In this document: in pieces, positions 33,695-43,630 of the stretch
How the letters are laid out: each line of letters starts with the position of its first letter
Numbering within the stretch: position 1 is the stretch's first letter
Assembly (NCBI GenBank): GCA_030167865.1
Contig: JALAGF010004376.1
Span: 1-64,000 of the forward strand
DNA: 64,000 bases
Direction of reading: 5' to 3'
Origin: Craspedostauros australis
Taxonomy: Eukaryota
The notes under the pieces: generated by a model
The model's input: the letters and a program-made list of their open reading frames with translations, nothing else
The model's database searches: none
What the model was told of the DNA's origin: nothing
Made by a program: the position numbers and the translations under genes

Positions 33695-36619
33695 ATGACG
33701 AGCAAGAACCTGAGCCTGTCGGGGCCCATGCGCCTGATGGCCACTCTCTTCGCCATCTGCGTGGCTTCCATGGCGACCGCGACAGTCAGCGCGATGGGAT
33801 CAGCCTACATGTATGGCGCCAACTTCGAACCGACGATCTTCGAGCATGACCCCAAGGCAAGCAAGGGCATGTTCATGGACTCCAACAAGCCGCGCATCGT
33901 GGAGTTCTACAGTCCCTCCTGCGTAAGTTATGCATCATCATATGACATTATACACTGTGTTTGTGCCAGCTTCTGTCGTTGCGATCCGTTGTATCATACT
34001 ATTACTATTGTTGTATACTATCCCATGCTATACCATACCATATTAGTATGACGCACATTGTACTGTACTATACTGTACTATATTCGGACAAGCGCTGCAC
34101 CGTCATGATCTTCGCATGATCCGCATCCATCCAACGAACGTCTATCAACATATATAATATCAACGCTGCGTTCTCACAATTCCCTATCTCTCTTTCTTTC
34201 TTGCTCGGTCTCCTGTTCGGTCTCCTGTCTCTATGCTACCGGACGCTCATGTCATCGCATTGCGTGGCACTTCAATGGCACTCCATCTCATTGAATCCAT
34301 ATACTCCAGGGCGCTTGCCAAACATTCAAGCCAACCTTCGTCAACCTCGCCAAGGAGATCACATCGGCATACAACGACGTGGAGGTCTACGCTGTCTCGT
34401 GCGAGCACCACACCGACGTCTGCAGGGATTACAAGGTTCCGTCCTATCCCAGTCTGCTCGGATTCCAGGCCGGGCACAGCGAGCCCGTGCGTTTCCAAAG
34501 ATCGCGCAACCCCCTGTCGAATGGATACTCCGTCTCGGAGATTGCGGAGAGGCTCGAGCTCACCGCCAACGCAGAAAAGGCATCCGCAGCACGTCGTCTC
34601 GATGAAGACAACAGCAATGAGAACGGCGAAAAGAAAAGCGCCAAGCCAGGAAAGGACAAGTCCGATGAGGAAGACGAAGATGAAGACAGGGACGAAAAGA
34701 AAGGCGCCAAGCCAGGAAAGGACAAATCCGAGGAGGAAGATGAAGACAAAGATAAAGATGCTGATGCTGATGCAGATGCTGACAAAGATGACGAAGGAGA
34801 TTCGGAGGAGGCAAAATCAGAGGAAGCAGAGGAAGAAGAGGATTCAGAAGAAAAGGAGGCCGTCAAGAAGCACGAGGAACATAAACCCCACGAACACAAG
34901 CACCACGAGCATAAACCCCACGAACACAAGCATCACGAGCATAAACACCACGAACACAAGGGCGTCGCTGCTGCTGCCGCTGCTCATGGCTCATCCCACC
35001 ACAACCATGCCGCCGCAACCTGGGCGGAGTCCAAAAAAGAACGCGATATCCGAAAGAAAAATGGCTTCGAGAGGGCCAGGCAGAAGAAGCTGGAGATGCA
35101 ACAAGCCCGGCGTGATGGAAAGGCCCGCAACGACAAGACGACGAAGCAAAAGGACGTCGATCGCTTCGAGGACCTGCTCAAGAAACGCCGTGAGATGGTC
35201 AAGCGGCGCAACGAGGCTGGAGACCTGTCCAGATTGCACAACGGTGAAGCGCATTTTGACCTCCGCGTTGGCAAGGCCGCGCAAGCGCGAGAGAGGCGTG
35301 TGACGGCGAAGCCGGAAGAACAGACCAAGGGAATGAAGGTCTTCGATCCCACAACCGAGGAGTACCGAAAGCGCAGGGAGGAGCTGGCGAAGCGTTTCGT
35401 GGCGTCAGCGCAGAAGAAGGAGGGCGGCATCTTCAAGAAGAAACCGGACGCAGGCGAGCTCAGGGAGCGCTTCCGACTTGCCCAGCAGCAGAGAAAGTCC
35501 ACATTCCAGAAGGACGTCAAGAAGGGCGGCATCGTCAGCCGCGCAGTGGATCATGTGCCCGTCGCCAACCGAATCGTCCGCCTCACGGGGGAAGAAGCGC
35601 TCATCTTGGACTCCACGCTCTCCTTCTATCAAGGTCTGCAAATGTACGTGTTCAAAACCAACGCTCCCTTGTCGTCGGACCAGCAGAACGTCTTGAAGAG
35701 GTGGCTGGAGTTCCTCAGCGTCTCGCTGCCACCGGAATGGGCGCTGCACAGACTCATCGACACGCTGCTGCGGGACATCAGCAAGATCTCACAGAGCCCT
35801 GCGGCATTGCAGGCTGTTCTGCGCACGTACGAGCTCAAGCGGACCGCTTACAGCCACTCCTGCAGGACCAACGGCCAGGAGAGCAGATTTGCTTGCGGAT
35901 TCTGGAAGCTGCTGCACACGGCGACGATCGGCGTCGCGGAACAGCGCGGCGGGCTCAATCTGCTCGATGCCGAACTCGTGGGTCCGGGCACAGAGACCTT
36001 CTCACCGGTCGAGGCATCCAACGTCATCCGGGATTACATGGACACCTTCTATCCGTGCAAGGACTGCAGCGAGCACTTCGTCAAGACCTTCGACGACTGC
36101 GACATGAATCGTCGCTGCGACCGCCTGTCCGAAGAATACGAAGACGCCAGCGTGGCGGACTGGAAGGAGCTGGCGCTGTGGCTCTGGGAATTCCACAACG
36201 ACGTCTCCGTCCGTGTCCTCAACGAGAAGATGAGTCACAGCAAGCAGGGTTCCGCAACCGAGGAAGTGGAGATGAAGAAGGCGATCGAGGTCCTCTGGCC
36301 ATCCCTGAACCAATGCATGGCGTGCCTCGACGAGGATGGAACCTGGAATGAGGCCGAGGTGTTCGTGTACCTGGAGCATACCTACTGGGCCGAGGCCCAC
36401 ATCGATCCCATCAAGGACAGGCTCCTTGCCTTCGACGATGACTCCACGAACAACATCCTCGGGACGCTGGTCATGATTATCTTCGTCATCCTCTTGGTCG
36501 TCTACAGACTGGTGGGAAGCCGAAGTGCAGCAATTCAAAAGTCCGTGGTCGTCGCACGAAGCCTCGTGGCCAACGCAACGCGATCCGCTACAGGCCGTGC
36601 CAAGGAACGGTCCGCCTAA
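33695..36619 (+). CDS. QSOX-like sulfhydryl oxidase A (thioredoxin + large low-complexity insert + HRR/ERV-ALR + C-terminal TM); exons 33695-33922 and 34310-36619 (845 aa)
   Basis: The N-terminus is signal-peptide-like. The phase-0 splice gives VEFYSPSC|GAC. Trx motif AVSC..H..VC..Y.V.SYP; ERV motifs CGFWKLLH, FYPCKDC, LWLWEFHNDVS, WPS..QCMAC; TM ILGTLVMIIFVILLVVY. Confidence 0.9.
34628..34759 (+). repeat. 66-bp coding tandem duplication (EKK[S/G]AKPGKDKS[D/E]EEDED.D.D x2) in QSOX-A
   Basis: gaaaagaaaagcgccaagccaggaaaggacaagtccga at 34628 recurs as gaaaagaaaggcgccaagccaggaaaggacaaatccga at 34694. Confidence 0.9.
34871..34960 (+). repeat. 15-bp coding tandem repeat x6 encoding HEEHK-PHEHK-HHEHK-PHEHK-HHEHK-HHEHK
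   Basis: Six 15-nt units, e.g. ccccacgaacacaag / caccacgagcataaa, with a 30-nt higher-order period. Confidence 0.92.
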
Positions 36620-37260
36620 TCGTGTTGGCGACGAATCAATCAATCAATTGGTTGATTGGTTGGTTAGTTAGTTGAGTAGCCTGGGCAAAGGAACAAGGAA
36701 CAGCTGGGTGAAATAGTATGAAATGAAACAGCATGGACTGAATAAACAGATCAGAACGACGATTAAGCAAACGATTGCACAAGTACTGTGCAGCGGAGCA
36801 TTATCGTCGTCGTATGGTATTGTGATGTGTGCTACGTGCCCTTCAGCTTTGCGTCTCTCCGTTGCCATGGCCATGCAAACGACCTATGCGTTAGAAAGAG
36901 TACGCCTACATACTCTGCTTGCGTTACTCTCTCATGCCCGTACAAGTATACTACGTACAACAGTACCCTCCTCTGCTCTCCCATGTTCTTCGTGTGGGTG
37001 TTGGTCATGTGGAAACCATGAGATATGTGTTGGAAACATCGAACCGACATTCACGCCACACCGATACAATCGACTACAACGACAAACACGTAGTTGAGTA
37101 CTTCCCACAACTACTAGTACGACTATGCAAGGTGCGAGAGACCAAAGATACCCCACAAGTCACCAAACTCCACAAATCATTGTCGATCCAGAAAGATCAT
37201 CCAATGACAATAAACGGGGTCTAGAGAGAGAGAGTGGATGCGCAACATCCCTCGATCATC

Positions 37261-39406
37261 ATGACGACATCTCTGCCAACATGCCTCAATCTCAATGACC
37301 GCAAGAGAGCGACAACAGCGAAACCCACCGCTGCATCAACAATAACAGCAACAACAGCAGTAGCAGCAGTTACAACAATAACAACGAGGATCAGGCTCCT
37401 TCTCGTGCTGCTGCTCTGCGTCGTCCTCCACCAGCCAACGCAGCATGGCTATGCGCACGCAGCGTCCGAGGATGGCGATGATCTGCCCAATCCAGACCTC
37501 CCGTACTTCTACCTCGGCAATCCAAACGCAAAGTCGATCAAGGAGTTCGCGGTCTTTGGCGAGAACGCGGCCAAGAATGACTGGCCGAGCTTCCTTTACG
37601 ATGCCAACGTTGATGCATATCGTCTAGTGGAGTTCTACGCTCATTGGTGTCCGGTGAGTGCTATTATACGGTACTATACAATACCATACAACTATAATAT
37701 GATATGATATGGAGCAGTGCATCACGAACTTGCGTAATGCCTCTCCATTATGGAATAGAGCACATCCGGATGCATTAGTTCGTTCTTTGAATATGAAGCA
37801 ATGCTCACACATGATGCTAGCACATTGATGCATGATGGACCGCTCAGTTCAATCAACCATCCATGCATCTATCCATCTTTCTCATTCGTCCGAATGCATG
37901 TCTCCACCCATTCCACTCTCCATCACTCGACCCATGATGTTCATCCTGTCACTGGTCGCCGCTCCCCCTCGCTGTTGCATCCTCTACCATGCTCCAACAT
38001 CCTCTACCATGATCCACCACATGCACACATCATATCACATGCAGCACTGCCAAAAGTTCCGTCCCAACTTCATCGCGATCTCCAAGACGATAGAACAGAT
38101 GGCGCAGAAGTACGACGTCGACCTTCGCATATACGCCGTGTCATGCACGCCGCACAAACACCTGTGCCGGCACCAGAACATCACGGGTTATCCCAGGATC
38201 AAGCTCTTTCCACCACACTCCACCACCGGCAAGTTCATCAACCACTACGAGCTGCATCCCTTCCACGTCCTGCGCATGGTCGGCGTCAACCTCGATGATG
38301 AGATGGAGCACCAGATATCGGACGAGCTCGAGGCCCTGCAGGATCAGGAGCAGCTGAAGGACAGGAAGAAGCATGGCAACGCGTTGCTGGCATCATCGCC
38401 GACGGAACGGTACTACCTGCCGCGCACCAAGGCCGACATCTACAACGACGCTTACCTCAGCTTCGACTACGCCATGCGCAACGGCATCTTCAGCACCAAC
38501 AGCAACGCTGATCACGGCCTCTTCAACCGCACCAAGGAGGTCTTCTCCAAATGGATCATCCAGGCGCAGGGCAGCCTGCCACCGACGTGGGGACTGCAGA
38601 ACATGGTCTCTGACATCAAGGACAACCTCGACTTCGCCGTCGAGAGCGAGGAGAACCTCCTCAGCATCGTCGACAAGTACCCGCCCAAGCGCAAGCAATG
38701 GAGCAAGGCCTGTTCGCGCGGGGATCCCTACGCCGGCTACACCTGCGGCCTGTGGCAGCTCTTCCATATCATGTCCATCGGCATGGTCGTCTTCAACAAG
38801 AACATCGTCGGCGACGACGATTGGATGTTCTTCCGCCCCGAGGAGTTCGGCGACACGCTGCGGGATTACATCGAGCTCTTCTTCGGTTGCGAGGTGTGCC
38901 GCATCAACTTCGTGCATGCGTACGATAGCTGCGGGTTGGATCGTTGCAACCGTCTCATCGAGAACGTGGGCAACTCGCTGGATTGGGAGGAATTCCCGCT
39001 GTGGCTCTTCGAAACGCACAACGCCGTCAACACGAGGCTGCTGCATGAACGAGCCGAGAGGGAGCATCGCTCCGTGACGGGCGAAGAAGAGATCAGCGTT
39101 CTGTGGCCATCGCGGCTGGATTGCGCGGCATGCTGGCATCCCGACGGGCGGTGGGATCCCGAAATGATCGTCAAGTACCTGCGCATGACCTACTGGCCGG
39201 ATGATGACCTGACGACGCAGCTGAGGAGGGAACTGCGAGAAGGCGGCATCGAAGCCGAGAAGGAGTTCCAGGCCGACGAGGAGAGGCGATTTCTGCTGCA
39301 CGTCGGCGTTGCCATCGTGACCAGCGCATTCGTTGTCGCTGTTTATTGGTACAGGAAGAAGGCCCATCTGAAACGCACAGGTCGTCACAAGAAGGTGGAG
39401 GTTTAG
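37261..39406 (+). CDS. QSOX-like sulfhydryl oxidase B (Trx-HRR-ERV-TM); exons 37261-37653 and 38045-39406 (584 aa)
   Basis: Hydrophobic signal LLLVLLLCVVL. The splice CCG|gtgagt...gcag|CAC gives VEFYAHWCPHC. ERV motifs GYTCGLWQLFH, FFGCEVC, LWLFETHNAVNTRL and WPS..DCAAC, then a C-terminal TM. Confidence 0.93.
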
Positions 39407-40211
39407 AGAAGGCATATGCCACAAGGCGTTGTTCGATAATGCAAGCTTGTACAGTAGAGCGAGTGCAGCACCAATCCACATGTGATTCCTGATGTTGATA
39501 CGTCTGGATGGACCATGTGAGTACCATCCTCATCCAATGAGGCACGACGGGACAGGACGGGACGATTAACGATGAGAATGGACAGGACAACGAAACGAAG
39601 AGATGAATCGTGGGAGCTGCGGCGATCGCACGTTTATTGTATATAATACTCAAAGAGAACAGTTGATTTGAAGAGGGTAACGTTCGTAACGGTCATGACA
39701 CAGCGCCAGCCAGGTCATTTGGTGTTCTTGGGATGGAGTTGAGCGATGTGTTCATCACGTTTCGGCCTCGCATTGGCGACAAGACGGTGTTCGTTCATGG
39801 AACGGCTCACTCAAGGCGATCCATGCGCAACACACCAAGTCCTATGTCGTACCATACCATTCAATACCATCCTCATCCTACTTCGCAACACCCCCCAACA
39901 TCAGCAACAAGTTGAATGGGAAAGATGAGCAAAACTTGACTGGATACTATTGTACGCATTGCTTTATGCTTGATATGTATGGTGTGAGCATAGCCACGAG
40001 CATTCAACTCTTTCTTCCCCTTTTTTCGTTTTCTCTGTGATCACACATCCGTGCTTGTTTCGATGGTTAAATACATGCAGACTGTGGTATGCTGTGCCGT
40101 GCGCATGCTTTGTGTTTTGATTCATCGCCTGGATCTTCCATTTCATGCACTTCTTAATTCATCCATCCTTTCGTCCACCGGGCTGCACCCGTCGCGTGGG
40201 ATACCAAGAGA

Positions 40212-43200
40212 TTAAGACATGCGGCGACGCTTGGCCTCCTGTTGCAGCTGGTGCATGGTCAAGGCATCCAGCATGGCTGCGTTTGGCATCTGCCCAGCCT
40301 GCTGCTGCTGTTGTTGCTGGAATTGGTGCATGAGGGCGGCCCGCGGATCGATGTTTGGCATGGCGTTTGCTGCCGCCGCAGCAGCTGCTGCAGCCTTGAG
40401 TTGTGCATTGTGCTGCAAGGTGCGCTTGAGGGATCGCGCAGGCGCCGATCCGCTGGTGGTTCCGTGGAGACGGTCCCAAATGCGGGCGAAGAAGGCCTTC
40501 TGGCTGCCGAATTTCATCTTGGCGCGCTCCTCGTCATGCGTCGTGCGCAGCTTCTCCAGGGTCCCGCGAACCTCCTGCGGGCACTTTCTGCAGCGCATCA
40601 TGTGGTTGTGAAGCACGTTGAGGGTCTTGGACGTGTCCGACAGCGTCTTGATGCTGGAGGGAAAGAAGCGACCCGAACCGAAACCGCCGAAGCAGTGACG
40701 GCAGGCGAGGCCAGGGAAGCCCTGCGGCAATCCCTTGCGCTTGCCCAACCGATCTGCTTCTGTGAACTTGCACGGCTGCATCTGGCTGAGTAGGTGGAAG
40801 GAGAACGAGGTGGCGTAGGGCTCGTCCTCTCCTGTGATGAGCGGTGCGGATTGCGTCATGTTGCGCTCTGTCTGCGGGATGCTGGAATCGGAGTCAGCCG
40901 CGGCTGCTTGGGACGACGATGCATTGCCGCCCTTGCCCCTGTTTGCTGGCACGTTGGTGATGGCGTTGCTGTTGGATGAGAAGAAATCGTTGGAGTTGCG
41001 TCTGACAGCATCGAAGTTCTCGATGGACGCCTGCTGCTTGGAGAGGTTTGGTATTTGCGGAGGCGTGCATGCCGAGAAGCGGATGCCGCTGGCGGTGTCC
41101 ACGAGTCCAAGGCTGCGTGCCGAGTCCACCCAGTATCTCTTGGAGGTTCCGGACCTGGCATCGTCAGCCTTGAGGGTTTCGTACCGTTGCATGATGTCTT
41201 CCGGCACCGACGAGCAGCAGTGCAAATGTCTTTGCAACAGGTTCATGGTGGCGTTGTAGATGCTGGCAATGCTCGTTGCTGTGGGGCACAGGAGAGTATG
41301 GTGCAATGCCATGTGTTTGTGTGTGTGTTTGGTTACGATGTGTTGGCAGGCGCGAAGAGGCAGAAAGGTTGTTGGTGTTGGTGAGTGTGATGGTACGAGT
41401 AGGAAAGCAAAGAAGTACCCCTGATAACACATGACAATACATGCAGACACAGTACGAGTATTGCATGTATCGCAATGCATGGTGGTCCGGCTGAAGACGA
41501 TAAGGACTTACGGTAGTAGACACTTCCTCGCTCGCAGGACCTGGAGTCATCACGGGAGTGACAATGCGGACAGCGGATGCCGACCTGTCCCACCTGAATT
41601 GGCTTTCGCTTGCCCTTGGATGGCGCTGCGACGTGCTTGGCCGATGCCGTGAAAATCTCCACGCAGTGACGGCGAACGAAGCAGTGCAAGGGCGTCAACC
41701 AGTCCCGATCGGAGCTCATCGACAACGGCTGTGGCTGCTTCATGTCGATGAATGGTCCTGTGGACAGCTTGCGCGGGGCATCGCGGCGGCTTCCCGCGGA
41801 TGTGTCCAGGGACAACCGACGCTTGGGGCTGACTGGCGTGATTGTGTTGGGAGCCGTGTTGGCCAGTCCCATTGCGGCAGCGTTGCTCATGGTGCTTCCA
41901 TTGGCGTTCATGAAGGCTGCCAGATCAGCATCAAGACCACCGAGCGCTGCGGGGTTGAGGGCGTTGTTGTTGGCCAGGTTGCTGAAGTTGTTCATTCCGT
42001 GGACGGCATTGTTGGCAGCGTTTCCGTTGTTGGCGTTCATGCCACCGAACATGTTGTTGCGCAGCTGCCCAACGCAGACTGACTCATGAGCGAAGGCCTC
42101 CTCCTGAGAGGGGAAGGCCTTGTTGTTGCAGCATTGGCAGACAAACCAGCCTGGTGGAACGGACGTCATGTTTCCACCTGTTTGCATGGCACCCATGCCT
42201 GCACCAGCACCGCCGCCGCCTGCGACCGCCGCTCCTGATCGTCCCATGAGCAAGGGATGGCCTTGCGCGTTGGGGAACTGTTGGGCTCCGAGGGTATTGT
42301 TGACCTTGCTGGCGAGGTTCTGCTGCAGCTGCGTCATCGCCATCTTGCCCTCTTCGATGCCACGCAGGATCTGCTGGTGCTCCATCTCGAGCTGCTTCTT
42401 GCGGCGGTCGAGCTCACGCTGCAGCTCGTGCATCTGCTGTTGCTGCGCCGTGATGGCGTTGACGGCGGATGCGCTGGGTGCGCCTGGGTTGCGACCGAAC
42501 GATGCCATGTTGTTGTTCATGTTGACTCCTGCGCCTGCGTTTCCCGCGTTGTTGCCCGGGTGGTGGTTGTGGGCACCTCCCAGGAGAGATCCCGGGCCGA
42601 AGCCGCCCATTGGAAAGCCCGCTGCTGCCGCGGCCATCATCTGGTCCGTCGGAGCGAATGCTGATGGGTTGTTGAAGTCCGCAGCAGCAGCGCCTCCGCC
42701 GGCACCGCCCATGGCCGGTGTGGTTCCCATGGCCATGGACAGACGTCTGCGCGTGAGGTCCATGATGGCAGCATCGATGACAGCAGTTGTGGAATCCAGG
42801 GAGTTCCTGCGATCCATGCCCCCTCCTGCGTTGCCGAGAAGCGAGTCCCTGCGACCAACCGAGACACCAGCCGGCCCTGCGAGACCTGCCGTTGCCATGC
42901 CGCCACCCAAGATGGAATCCCTGCGAGCCGCCAGCATGTCAAAGTCAGCGAATCCGCTGGACCGCCTGACTGCGGCCAAACCGCTGAGAGGATCGGCTGG
43001 TCCGGCGCCGCCAGCAGCCGGTCCGAAGCCCGAGTTCCTTCTCATGAAGAGCTCGTTGAGAGCGGCAGCATCGAAGCCGAGGCTTGGGCGTCTGCCAGCT
43101 CCACCTCCGTTGCCGCCGGCTCCAGAAGACGTCCCTGCTGCGTTCCCCATTGCAGAGGAGCTTGGTGTGTTGGATGGTGGTGCGACCATCGAGGTGTTCA

Positions 43201-43630
43201 TTCCGCCGATGGTCACGCGACGCCCGACGCCTCCGTTGTTGCCGACGCCACCGGCAGCAGCACCGACTCCGGCTCCAAGGCCAGCACCCGCTCCCATTCC
43301 CAAGGAGGTCTGCAGCGAGTTGCCGAGGTTGGTATTGAAGTTGTTGCCTTGTCCGCCGTTGTTGTTGTTGTTGCCGCTTCGGCTGTTGTTGCCAATGTTT
43401 CTGTTCCTGTTCATGTTGGGGTTGCCGCCACCACCGCCATTGCTGCCGTTGCCGCCATTGCCGCTGCTGTGATTCATGTTGGAATTCATGATTGTGTTGA
43501 TACTCGTGTTGAGGTTAGCGCCACCAGAGCTAGAGCTAGAGACAGCACCAGCTATCGGTACAGTGTTGATGACGAATGGGTTGGTACGAGTATCACTCAG
43601 CGCTGATGATGGAAGAGTCAGATCCGTCAT
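40212..43630 (-). CDS. Low-complexity putative regulatory protein with a C2HC finger and two related Cys/His Zn-binding modules; exons 43630-41512 and 41278-40212 (~1061 aa)
   Basis: The phase-1 splice C|gtaagt...cacag|CA gives GSVYYPTSIASIY. Module 1 is QVGIRCPHC..YYP..LQRHLHCC; module 2 is GLACRHC..GRFFP..NHMMRC. Also WFVCQCC..AFPSQEEAFAHESVC and N/G/Q-rich tracts. The exact start is uncertain. Confidence 0.8.
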
